In this document: piece by piece, positions 1 to 11,160 of the stretch
How positions within the stretch are numbered: the stretch's first letter is position 1
Layout of the letters: the number at the start of each line of letters is the position of its first letter
NCBI GenBank assembly: GCA_045862955.1
Contig: BTVI01000041.1
Span: 1 to 26,577 of the forward strand
DNA from: Fimbriimonadales bacterium
GTDB lineage: Bacteria > Armatimonadota > Fimbriimonadia > Fimbriimonadales > JABRVX01
DNA length: 26,577 bases
Reading direction: 5' to 3'
Made by a program: the position numbers and the translations under genes
The notes under the pieces: model-generated
What the model was told of the DNA's origin: nothing
The model's database searches: none
Seen by the model: only the letters and a program-made list of their open reading frames with translations

Positions 1-791
1 ACGCCTAGCTCACCATGAGGTCAGGCTCAGCGTGACGTCGGGCTTACCATGACGGTTCCTCACCGACCGATCCACTTGCAGAGGGTGGGTCACCGGGAAG
101 GAGGCACCGTACCCAGGGAAGGAGGCACCGCACCCAGGGCATCCCAAACCGTCATGCTGAGCTTGTCGAAGCATGACGGCACCTGCCGCGATGGTAGTAT
201 CCGAGGCCGTTAGCGTGCTGGGGGCGGGGTCATGCTTCGACAGGCTCAGCATGACGTAGAGGCTCAGCATGACGGTCGGGGCGGCAGCAGGCGCATGCTT
301 CGACAGTCTCAGCATGACGGTCGGGGGCGGCTGTTTTCTCTATGCCCCGGCCCGCGTCCGCCGCCAAGCAGCGCGGAGGGAACGAAGCGAACCCGAGGAC
401 CGCGCCGGGGCTGGGGCGGGGGCGGCTGCGGGGTCATGCTTCGACAGGCTCAGCATGACGCCTGGCTCACCATGAGGTCAGGCTCAGCCTGACGTCGGGC
501 TTACCATGACGTTTCCTCACCGGCCGATCCACTTGCAGAGGGTGGGTCACCGGGAAGGATGCACCGTACCCAGGGCATCCGAAACCGTCATGCTGAGCTC
601 GTCGAAGCATGACGGCACCTGCCGCGATGGCCGTATCCGAGGTCGGTAGCGTGCTGGGGGCGGGGTCATGCTTCGACAGGCTCAGCATGACGTAGAGGTT
701 CAGCATGACGGTTGCGGGTGGGCTGTAGACGCATGCTTCGACAAGGTCAGCATGACGCCTGGCTCACCATGAGGTCAGGCTCAGCATGACG
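1..791. repeat. Cluster of CGTC-capped palindromic REP-like repeats (consensus CGTCATGCTGAGCCTGTCGAAGCATG) with 17-nt tandem sub-repeats; truncated by the window edge
   Basis: Forward copies at ~150-179 and ~586-615. Reverse copies (CATGCTTCGACAGGCTCAGCATGACG) at ~229-256, ~294-319, ~433-460, ~665-692 and ~732-757. Block 1-274 recurs at 458-710; the first copy carries an extra 21-nt tandem duplication (GGGAAGGAGGCACCGYACCCA). Confidence 0.9.
338..411. repeat. Second hairpin repeat family, copy 1 (~75 bp)
   Basis: CTCTATGCCCCGGCCCGCGTCCGCCG (338-363) and AGGACCGCGCCGGGGC (396-411) are identical to 15425-15450 and 15484-15499. The two ends are imperfectly complementary. Confidence 0.75.
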
Positions 792-910
792 GTCGGGGGC
801 GGCCCGGAATTGCGAGGGATAGCGGGGCATTGGAAACCTCTCGTCCGGGATCGCCGTATGGTTCTTAGGCCGGGGCTTGTGCGCTGTGCGATTTCGGCGC
901 GAATCCTCCG

Positions 911-957
911 AAAAAACTCAAAGGACACTTGACACGGAGTGGCCGGTCTGGTAGAAT
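911..957 (+). promoter_or_regulatory. Strong sigma70-type rRNA promoter
   Basis: TTGACA (929-934), 17-nt spacer, TAGAAT (952-957) with an extended TG, an A-rich tract at 911-922 (UP-like) and a C/G-rich discriminator. Confidence 0.85.
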
Positions 958-1011
958 TCCCTTCCGCCGCTGCCCCATATCGGGGTTCGGCGTCGCCGGC
1001 GACGGCGGTTT

Positions 1012-1034
1012 GAGCACCTTGACAGTTGCATAGT
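1012..1034 (+). other. 5' arm of the 23S precursor processing stem (includes a boxA-like sequence)
   Basis: GAGCACCTTGACAGTTGCATAGT pairs with ACTATGCAACTGTCAGGGTGCTC at 4020-4042 (23 bp, one G-U pair). AGGTCT (1039-1044) pairs with AGACCT (4010-4015). Confidence 0.85.
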
Positions 1035-1078
1035 GAAAAGGTCTCGAGGGATGTCGTATCTTCACGATAGATATTCTC

Positions 1079-3975
<2,897 letters not shown>

Positions 3976-4075
3976 AGAGAGCTGCAATCATGACGCGACA
4001 CTCCTACATAGACCTCGTAACTATGCAACTGTCAGGGTGCTCTTGACAATCCAAGAGCTATCCATCCGATCTCAA

Positions 4076-4193
4076 TTCGGGTGACCATGGCGAGGGAGAA
4101 ACACCCGTTCCCATCCCGAACACGGTAGTTAAGCCCCTCAGCGGCGAAAGTACTTGGCTGGCAACGGCCCGGGAGGATAGCACGTTGCCCGGA
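4076..4193 (+). rRNA. rrf: 5S ribosomal RNA
   Basis: CACCCGTTCCCATCCCGAACACGGTAGTTAAG core, terminal pairing TCGGGTGAC/GTTGCCCGG, ~118 nt long. Confidence 0.95.
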
Positions 4194-4203
4194 TTGATAG
4201 CTT

Positions 4204-4241
4204 GCACCGGCCCCGATACCCATCGGGGCCGGTGTTCTCTT
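4204..4241 (+). terminator. Intrinsic terminator of the rRNA unit
   Basis: 14-bp stem GCACCGGCCCCGAT/ATCGGGGCCGGTGT with an ACCC loop, followed by TCTCTT. Confidence 0.8.
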
Positions 4242-4383
4242 GCTACCTTCGTCTCGCCGCCCCACCAATCGACACGCGGTGAAGACGGAATCGAGAAGCC
4301 AGCAGCAAAGTTCCCACGAGCAATCGCCGCGACCCTACGATTCGTGCGACGCACCGAGCAGATTCGGTAGGTACCGACAGGGC

Positions 4384-4413
4384 TTGACCGCGCAGCCGCC
4401 CGCAAGCCAGAAT
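4384..4413 (+). promoter_or_regulatory. Putative promoter of the riboswitch-antiporter transcript
   Basis: TTGACC (4384-4389), 18-nt spacer, CAGAAT (4408-4413). This places the start site just before the aptamer. Confidence 0.55.
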
Positions 4414-4422
4414 CGAACCGCT

Positions 4423-4470
4423 GGGGATGGAGTCCCCCAAAACCGCCGCGGTCCGGCTGATGGCTCCTAC
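4423..4470 (+). ncRNA. Fluoride riboswitch (crcB motif)
   Basis: GGGGATGGAGTCCCCCAAAACCGCC...GGCTGATGGCTCCTAC matches the crcB consensus: P1 GGGGA/TCCCC, conserved GATGGAG, an A-rich linker, GCTGATG, and CTCCTAC completing the pseudoknot. It ends 36 nt before the ATG. Confidence 0.9.
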
Positions 4471-4506
4471 CGCAGACCGCCCTGAGGTCGAATACCGGAG
4501 GAACCG

Positions 4507-5742
4507 ATGCTGGACAACTTCGTCGTCGCAACGATCTGGCTTGCCCTCGCCGTCCTTGCCACCGCCATCGCAAGCGCCATCCGCCTCTCCATCGCCCTCG
4601 TCGAGATTGTCGTCGGAGTCGCTGCCGCCGCTGTCGCCACGCACTACTTAGGTGAAGGCAGCCTGCACGCCGACGAGGAGTGGCTCAAATTCGTCGCCTC
4701 CTCGGGTGCCATCCTGCTCACCTTTCTCGCCGGCGCAGAGCTAGACACGCACAGCCTTCGTACAAAACGTTGGGAAGTAACACTGGTCGGGATGGTAGGC
4801 TTCCTCGCGCCCTTTCTCGGGTGCACCGCAATCGCCTATTACCTGTTAGGTTGGGACCCTCGGGCGAGCTGGCTTGCGGGAGTAGCCCTATCAACCACCT
4901 CCGTAGCAGTGGTGTATGCAGTGATGATCGAGTACGGGTTCAACAAGACGGAGTTCGGAAAGGGCGTGCTGGGTGCGTGCTTCGTAAACGACCTCGGCAC
5001 CGTGATAGCCCTGGGGCTCATCTTCGCGCCCATGGATTATCGCACGGCTATCTTCGTGCTGAGCTGCGTGCTCGCACTCTTTCTGCTACCGCGCATGACG
5101 CAGAAACTGACCGATCTGTATGCGTTCCGAACCGCGGCAATCCGCACGAAGTGGGTGCTGCTGGTCCTGTTCGGACTCGGATCGCTTGCCCTCTGGTCCG
5201 GGAGCGAAGCCGTTCTCCCTGCGTACATCGCCGGGATGGTTCTGGCCGACACCCTGCCACGCGATCACTTCTACATGCGCAGGCTTCGTACTCTGACGGT
5301 CGGCTTCCTGACGCCCTTCTACTTCCTCCGTGCCGGGTCCCTCGTCGCGCTACCCGCGCTCTTGCAGGCCCCATTCGTGTTTCTGGCTCTGTTAGTTGCC
5401 AAGATGGCGACCAAGACGGCAGGCCTGTACCCGCTGATAGGTAGGTTCCGCGAGCACCAGAACGAAAGGTGGTACTACACCCTCCTGATGTCCACCGGAC
5501 TCACCTTCGGAACAATCTCCGCGCTGTTCGGCCTGACGCATGGCATCGTGACGAGGGAGCAGTACTCGTTTCTGGTGGCGGCCGTGATCGCCAGCGCGGT
5601 GGTACCGACGATGATAGCAAACGCACGCTTCCTACCCAGCCACCTGGTCACCACACCGCCTATGCCGGATGAGGAACTGATGCAGCTCGAGGAGGCTGCG
5701 CTGCAGCGCGGCAACGGCCGAGAGGAACCGGACCGCGGCTAG
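4507..5742 (+). CDS. Cation:proton antiporter (Na+/H+ exchanger family, CPA2/KefB-like membrane domain), 411 aa
   Basis: About 12 hydrophobic segments; motifs LTFLAGAELD, ALSTTSVAVV, FVNDLG and FLTPFYF; SD GGAGG at 4497-4501. Confidence 0.88.
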   Translation: MLDNFVVATIWLALAVLATAIASAIRLSIALVEIVVGVAAAAVATHYLGEGSLHADEEWLKFVASSGAILLTFLAGAELDTHSLRTKRWEVTLVGMVGFLAPFLGCTAIAYYLLGWDPRASWLAGVALSTTSVAVVYAVMIEYGFNKTEFGKGVLGACFVNDLGTVIALGLIFAPMDYRTAIFVLSCVLALFLLPRMTQKLTDLYAFRTAAIRTKWVLLVLFGLGSLALWSGSEAVLPAYIAGMVLADTLPRDHFYMRRLRTLTVGFLTPFYFLRAGSLVALPALLQAPFVFLALLVAKMATKTAGLYPLIGRFREHQNERWYYTLLMSTGLTFGTISALFGLTHGIVTREQYSFLVAAVIASAVVPTMIANARFLPSHLVTTPPMPDEELMQLEEAALQRGNGREEPDRG

Positions 5743-5752
5743 TTGGGGACGG

Positions 5753-5796
5753 GTGCCCTACACCCTCCCGACTCGTGTCAGGACGGTGCAGGGCAC
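5753..5796. terminator. Hairpin between convergent genes (possible bidirectional terminator)
   Basis: GTGCCCTACACC...GGTGCAGGGCAC stem with further inner pairing; no clear U tract. Confidence 0.4.
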
Positions 5797-5805
5797 ATGG
5801 TACTG

Positions 5806-6177
5806 TCAGAGAGACTGTGCGAGCATCAGCAAGTTGCCGTCCGGATCCCGGAAGCTAGCCAGCTTGACCATATCGGCGACCGTATGGACCTCGCTGTCGA
5901 GCGCGATTCCGTGAGTGCGCAGTGTTGCCACGGCCTGCTCCATGTCCTCGACGCCGAAGACGAGCGTGGTACCCCCGGATTGAATCGGTTCGTCGGCGGA
6001 CTGGCCGAGTCCGACGGTGACGCCCTCGATGTGCGTCTTCATCTCGCACCAGCCCATCTCGTCCAGCTTGTACAGCAACTCGAAGCCGAGTACTCTCGCG
6101 TACCACGCAATGGACTCGTTAAGGTCTCGCACCGTCAAGGCGCAGGTAACTTCGGGTCGGAACCAAATGGTGCTCAT
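5806..6177 (-). CDS. VOC family (glyoxalase/bleomycin-resistance fold) protein, 123 aa
   Basis: LTVRDLNESIAWYARVLGF and FRDPDGNLL motifs. Start moved to ATG 6177, which is preceded by AAAGGGGA. Confidence 0.85.
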   Translation of the reverse strand: MSTIWFRPEVTCALTVRDLNESIAWYARVLGFELLYKLDEMGWCEMKTHIEGVTVGLGQSADEPIQSGGTTLVFGVEDMEQAVATLRTHGIALDSEVHTVADMVKLASFRDPDGNLLMLAQSL

Positions 6178-6315
6178 AGGTTCCCCTTTCTGCGAACGAG
6201 CCTCTGGGCTCCGTCGCGCGAGGCAGTCTACCCCTTCCGTGCGGGCCTCGTAGTTAGACGGGGGCCACCTGTTGTCACGGATCATCCATTCGAGGGCAGA
6301 TGGATAGACGCGACT

Positions 6316-7164
6316 CTACTTCGGCACGAAGCGGCGGGCGTTGATGACGCTGCGTTCGACACCCGTGAAGGGGTCTTCCTCCGCCTCGTATTCGATGTTC
6401 AGAAAGCCCTGAAAGCCCACAGCCTGCAACGCACTAACACACCCACCCAGGTCCACGTCGCCCTCGCCGATAGCGGTGCCACCGAAGCGCTTGTGACGGG
6501 TCGACTCGTAGTAGTGACCTTGGTAGTCGTCCGGCAGCGCCTTGAAGTCCTTGAAGTGCATCATGTACGCATACGGCGCAACGTCTCTCACCGCCTCGAC
6601 GCTGTCTTGATGAACCAGCATGAAGTTTCCGGTGTCAGGATTCGCCCCGAGCGTGTCGTCTCCCGTGGCGGCTCGCACCCGCTCGATAATGTCACGTACC
6701 TGATCGCTTCTACCCGCCAGCAGGCCGTGGTTCTCGAGGGCTAGCTTGAGACCGAGCGACTTGGCGGCCCGTGAGCATTCCGTCAGACCTTCCACGATCC
6801 AATCCAGCGCCTGCTCGAAAGTGATCCCCTCGACGGGGCTGCCTGCGAACACGCGAACGACCGGTGCCTTCAGCCGCTTAGCATTCGTCAGCTCGGCGCG
6901 GACCTTATCCACCTGTGCGCGCCGCGCAGCAGCGTCGGTGTTGACGAAATCATTGCCTGTCGAATACACACAACAGGGAAGGCCGTACTCCTCCAGGGTG
7001 GCTATTGCCTCCGGGAGCTCGCGTCCCACGTCCTTCCAAAAATAGTCCAAGAGCTCCACACCGTCTACGTCCAGACGCTTGCACTCGCGGATGAAACCAC
7101 TAACATCCAGGCGGCCGTCCTTGAACGCCCGAACGTAGCTCCACATAGAAAGGCCTAGCTTCAT
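6316..7164 (-). CDS. Sugar phosphate isomerase/epimerase family protein (xylose isomerase-like TIM barrel), 282 aa
   Basis: MKLGLS start, DGVEL, and metal-ligand motifs LALENH, DTGN, HFKD and NIEYE. ATGA overlap with the nuoN stop codon. Confidence 0.88.
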   Translation of the reverse strand: MKLGLSMWSYVRAFKDGRLDVSGFIRECKRLDVDGVELLDYFWKDVGRELPEAIATLEEYGLPCCVYSTGNDFVNTDAAARRAQVDKVRAELTNAKRLKAPVVRVFAGSPVEGITFEQALDWIVEGLTECSRAAKSLGLKLALENHGLLAGRSDQVRDIIERVRAATGDDTLGANPDTGNFMLVHQDSVEAVRDVAPYAYMMHFKDFKALPDDYQGHYYESTRHKRFGGTAIGEGDVDLGGCVSALQAVGFQGFLNIEYEAEEDPFTGVERSVINARRFVPK

Positions 7165-8618
7165 GAGCCACCTACCATGGGTATCGTGAAGAGTCGTTGC
7201 AGCGAGCCGGCGGTGAGACCCACGTAGATCACCCCCGCAGCGCAGGCGAGCGTCGCGATCACGAGCCCTGCACTCATCGCCGGGGGCCGGCCGCTCTCTA
7301 CCAGCTCTTCCTCCACGTACATGGAAAGAACTAACCGCAGATAGTAGTACACGCTTACGACGCTGTTGATGGCCAGCACCACGGCAAGACCTACCATGTC
7401 CGTGCGCAGGGCGGCAAGGAAAAGGAACCACTTGCCCCAGAACCCCGCGGTGGGCGGGATGCCTGCGAGCGAGATGAGCAATACTAACAGCATCAACGCG
7501 GCGAACGGTGCTCGCTTCCACAAGCCACGCAAGTCGCCGTAAGAACTGCCTTCCTTGCCTCCACGAGCGGTGAGGCCCACGACTGCGAAACTCCCCACCG
7601 TCATCAGGCTATAGGCCACCAGATAGTACACCACCGCGCTGACGTCGCCCGCCAACACACCGACCAGCACGTAGCCGGCGTGGGCGATGCTCGAGTAGGC
7701 CAGCATGCGTTTGACGTCGTTCTGTGCCAACGCCCACAGATTGCCGAAGGTCATCGTGAGCAGCGCCAACGTGGTAAGGATCGGCGACCACACATCTTGC
7801 AATGTCATGGCCGCACCCAAGACCCGGATCAGGGCCACGAACGCGGCTGTCTTCGCCACCGCTGCCATGTAGGCAGTGACGGCAGTCGGCGCGCCCTGAT
7901 ACACGTCCGGTGTCCACCAGTGGAACGGAACGAGAGCGGCCTTGAAGCCGAGACCCACCAGCATCAGCGTGATGCCAGACGTGAGGAAAAGCTGGATGGA
8001 CCGATCACCCATCATCCAGGCCGATGCGATGTCCTCCAACCTGCTGGTACCCGTGCCCCCATAGATCATCGCCATTCCGAAGAGCAGGAAGCCCGAAGCG
8101 AATGCACCCAGTAGGAAGTACTTGATCGCGGCCTCTTCCGATCTCCTGTCAGCACGGCACATACCGCTAAGGACATAGAGCGAAACGGAAAGCGTCTCCA
8201 ATCCGAGGAACAGCACGATGAGGTCGGTGGTGGATACCATCAGCATCGCACCCGCCGTCGCCCACAGAGCCAGCGGATAGAACTCCCCGTAGTTGGCCTT
8301 GCGTTCTCGGAGATAAGCCTCCGCGAACATTACGCTGAGTGCGGTGGCTCCCATGAGCAGTAAGCCGGATATGACCGAAAGCCTGTCGTGTGTCAGCGCA
8401 CCCGCGAAGGTGGTGGCGTCCGGATGCGCCCACGACAGCACCGCGAAGTACGCCGCTGCGCCCAATCCCGCAACCGACAGCCACGCATGCATCACGTGAT
8501 TGCGGTGCGGGACGAACAGATCCCACAACAGCACCGCTACACCTGTTCCCACCACGATCAGCAGCGGTAGTAGCAGCGGCCACTCGATCGATGGGGGAGG
8601 AAACAGTGTGCTATCCAC
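7161..8618 (-). CDS. nuoN: NADH-quinone oxidoreductase subunit N
   Basis: Motifs GLETLSVSLYVL, EAAIKYFLLGA, GFKAALVPFHWWTPDVYQGAP, KRMLAYSSIAHAGY and SLAGIPPTAGF. Confidence 0.95.
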   Translation of the reverse strand: MDSTLFPPPSIEWPLLLPLLIVVGTGVAVLLWDLFVPHRNHVMHAWLSVAGLGAAAYFAVLSWAHPDATTFAGALTHDRLSVISGLLLMGATALSVMFAEAYLRERKANYGEFYPLALWATAGAMLMVSTTDLIVLFLGLETLSVSLYVLSGMCRADRRSEEAAIKYFLLGAFASGFLLFGMAMIYGGTGTSRLEDIASAWMMGDRSIQLFLTSGITLMLVGLGFKAALVPFHWWTPDVYQGAPTAVTAYMAAVAKTAAFVALIRVLGAAMTLQDVWSPILTTLALLTMTFGNLWALAQNDVKRMLAYSSIAHAGYVLVGVLAGDVSAVVYYLVAYSLMTVGSFAVVGLTARGGKEGSSYGDLRGLWKRAPFAALMLLVLLISLAGIPPTAGFWGKWFLFLAALRTDMVGLAVVLAINSVVSVYYYLRLVLSMYVEEELVESGRPPAMSAGLVIATLACAAGVIYVGLTAGSLQRLFTIPMVGGS

Positions 8619-9528
8619 GGGCTGCCTCCGCTATGGCATGTAGCAGGTGCTCCGGTGTGTCCTCCGGCACGCTGCAACCGGGCGCGAGGACGAACGGCGT
8701 GCCGCGCATCCACTCACGTGCCTCGCGCCCCTCTGCGATGATCTCCTCGGGCGTCTTGTCTTTGATGCGCGTCTCGTCCAGCCCACCCATCAGGCAGCCT
8801 GTGTGTTGCTTGCGAATTTCGGTGAGCGCCGGGCCCGCCGCACGGTCGCTCCAGCATATCACGTGCGCAGGGAGTTCCAAGGCATACTCGAAGTAGAGGC
8901 GATCGTAGCTGTGAGGGTGTAGGATGTTCAGCCATCCGGAGGAGGCTGCCTCTAACACCTCTCGGTCGTAAGGCAGGAAGTGCGCCTGATACTCCATCGG
9001 CCGTGCCATGTCAGAGGACGCACCGTGCATGGCGAAGTAGATGCCGTCCGAGCCGACATCCATCAGTGCGCGAACGAACGACACCAGCGAGTCAGTGATC
9101 GCCCGAAGACCCTTGTGCACTTCGTCCGGGGCCTCCCGCAGGTGGTCGAGAAGCCTCTCGCCGCTGATGCGGTGTGCGTAGCGGAAGGTGTTGAACACGG
9201 TGTTAATTACCGGAACGTCCTCGCCTCTCACCGCGCCTACGATGCGGCGCACGGTATCGACCTGCAGGCCGAAGTTGCCCTCGCGTCCGGCCATCGAACG
9301 TAGCTTGCTCCAGTCGCCGATCTCGCTAACGCGCTCGGTCTCTTCGTACTCGATGTCGTGCATCACCTTGAAGATGTCTGGCTGGTACTTTCGGAAGAAT
9401 GCCAGCTCGGCTTCCGCCATGTTAGGGCCTGCGGGTGGCGTTAGGTGGAAGTGGTACCAGAACGTGAACGGCGTGCGGTCCGGTGTACCGCCTGCTAACA
9501 CCGTGCGCACTCTCTCGCCATGTGTCAT
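8611..9528 (-). CDS. URO-D / cobalamin methyltransferase (MtaA/CmuA)-like TIM-barrel family protein, 305 aa; not HemE
   Basis: N-terminal ERV...G..PDR.P..FW.HF, ILHPH, CLMGGLD and LAPGCSVP motifs. Lacks the RQAGR motif of HemE. Confidence 0.8.
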   Translation of the reverse strand: MTHGERVRTVLAGGTPDRTPFTFWYHFHLTPPAGPNMAEAELAFFRKYQPDIFKVMHDIEYEETERVSEIGDWSKLRSMAGREGNFGLQVDTVRRIVGAVRGEDVPVINTVFNTFRYAHRISGERLLDHLREAPDEVHKGLRAITDSLVSFVRALMDVGSDGIYFAMHGASSDMARPMEYQAHFLPYDREVLEAASSGWLNILHPHSYDRLYFEYALELPAHVICWSDRAAGPALTEIRKQHTGCLMGGLDETRIKDKTPEEIIAEGREAREWMRGTPFVLAPGCSVPEDTPEHLLHAIAEAARG

Positions 9529-11159
9529 CGAGCATTCACCTCTCCTGCTTGTGCGAACACACCAGTCTGCAACTCGCCCTCTCGCGTCACCGACTGATAG
9601 GGGTCAGACCAGAGGGGCCGCTGCCCCTCCGGTCGAGTGACCTGCAATCGCAAGGCCTGGACCGAGACTTCCATCTTATCCGTGAGCGTCTTCGGATAGA
9701 GGCCGATCCAGAAGACAAACACTACCAGCGCGGCAAGTATGATTCGCTCGAACCACTTGATGTCGGACAACGTGTGGTTTTTCGGGTTCTTGTTCGGGCC
9801 CAAGAACACTTTTTGGAACATCCACAGCAGGTATACGGCAGCCAGAATCACGCCACTAGCAGCGACCACCGCCATCCACAAGTGCGTACCGTACAGCCCC
9901 TGGATGGCCGACTGGAATGTGCCGATCAGCACCAAAAACTCACCGATGAATCCGTTCATGCTCGGCAGCCCCACGCTGCTAAGCATGAATATGAGGAAGA
10001 ACGCGGCGTACACCGGCATTTGCGCCTTCAGACCACCGAACTCGGTGAACAGGCGCGTGTGTCGTCGCTCGTACAGCATACCTACCAGAAGGAAAAGCGC
10101 ACCCGTGCTGATACCATGGTTGACTTGCTGCAGCATGGAGCCCGTCATGCCCTGCGCATTCAACGAGAAAAGACCGAGGGTCACAAAGCCCAAGTGGCTG
10201 ACCGACGAGAACGCCACCAAACGCTTCACGTCGGTCTGCACGGCGGCGACGATCGCTCCATACAAGATTGCAATCACCGACAACACCATGATGAGCGGTA
10301 CCATGGAGATGGTAGTGTCTGGAAACAGCGGCAGGCAGTACCTGAGGAAGCCGTAAGCACCCATCTTCAGCAGCACGCCGGCAAGAATGACGGAGCCTGC
10401 AGTCGGCGCTTCGGTATGCGCGTCGGGAAGCCACGTGTGGAACGGGAACATCGGCACCTTCACCGCGAAGGCTATGCCGAAGGCGAGGAAGAGCCACACA
10501 CGGATCGCAGTGTCGGGTACGAGTCGCCCCTCCGCCGCCAACTTCTGAAGTAGCACCAGATCGAAGGTTCCAGCGCCTTCGGCCCTGCCGCTGTACAGGT
10601 AAAGGCCCACGATTGCCAACAGCATGAAGATGGAGCCGGTGAAGGTGTACAGGAAGAACTTGATCGCAGCGTACCGCTTGTTACCACTTCCCCATATGGC
10701 AATCAAGAAGTACATCGGCACGAGGGTGGCTTCCCAGAAAACGTAGAACAGCACCAGGTCCAGTGCGCAGAAAACTCCCAGCATAGCGGTCTGGAGTACC
10801 AGAAGGCAGATCATGTACTCCTTCACGCGTTCGTTCACGTAGAACGAGAACCACACGGCGAGTATGCCGAGGAACGCGGTAAGCAGCACTAGGAATAGAC
10901 TGAGGCCGTCTATCCCGAGGTGGTAGTAGATACCGTAGTCCGCCATCCACGGCACACGCTCTACGAACTGGAACTGGAAGCGCGAGGGATCGAAGGAGTG
11001 ATAGAGTGGTAACGCGATGGCGAAGTCCAATACGCACACCGCGAGTGCCACCATGCGTATCAGCCAGGTGTGCTGTGCGGGCACCAATAGCAGAAACAAC
11101 GCCGCAACGGCGGGCAAGAAAACGACGGCTGTCAGGATAGGAATGCCTGCGATGTCCAT
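9525..11159 (-). CDS. nuoM: NADH-quinone oxidoreductase subunit M
   Basis: Motifs GIDGLSL, FYVFWEATLVPMY, AVKVPMFPFHTWLPDAHTEAPT, LLKMGAYG and GLPSMNGFIGEF. Confidence 0.96.
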   Translation of the reverse strand: MDIAGIPILTAVVFLPAVAALFLLLVPAQHTWLIRMVALAVCVLDFAIALPLYHSFDPSRFQFQFVERVPWMADYGIYYHLGIDGLSLFLVLLTAFLGILAVWFSFYVNERVKEYMICLLVLQTAMLGVFCALDLVLFYVFWEATLVPMYFLIAIWGSGNKRYAAIKFFLYTFTGSIFMLLAIVGLYLYSGRAEGAGTFDLVLLQKLAAEGRLVPDTAIRVWLFLAFGIAFAVKVPMFPFHTWLPDAHTEAPTAGSVILAGVLLKMGAYGFLRYCLPLFPDTTISMVPLIMVLSVIAILYGAIVAAVQTDVKRLVAFSSVSHLGFVTLGLFSLNAQGMTGSMLQQVNHGISTGALFLLVGMLYERRHTRLFTEFGGLKAQMPVYAAFFLIFMLSSVGLPSMNGFIGEFLVLIGTFQSAIQGLYGTHLWMAVVAASGVILAAVYLLWMFQKVFLGPNKNPKNHTLSDIKWFERIILAALVVFVFWIGLYPKTLTDKMEVSVQALRLQVTRPEGQRPLWSDPYQSVTREGELQTGVFAQAGEVNAR

Positions 11160-11160
11160 G

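Noticed and set aside
10..706. Short ORFs with MLRQAQHD / MLSLSKH / CFDRLSMT peptides (also at 18683-19487)
   Set aside because: These are translations of the palindromic repeat in different frames, with no SD or protein-family signal.
6178..6315. Riboswitch upstream of the VOC gene
   Set aside because: Only small hairpins are present, with no match to any aptamer consensus I recognise.
5743..6744. 333-aa plus-strand ORF (likewise 9483-10553, 16064-17107, 17533-18393 and 25052-26458)
   Set aside because: These are antisense shadows of better-supported genes, expected in GC-rich DNA, with no recognisable motifs.
8611..9528. hemE (true uroporphyrinogen decarboxylase)
   Set aside because: It lacks the W.MRQAGR and FNLGHG motifs and has no heme-pathway context, so only a family-level call is made.
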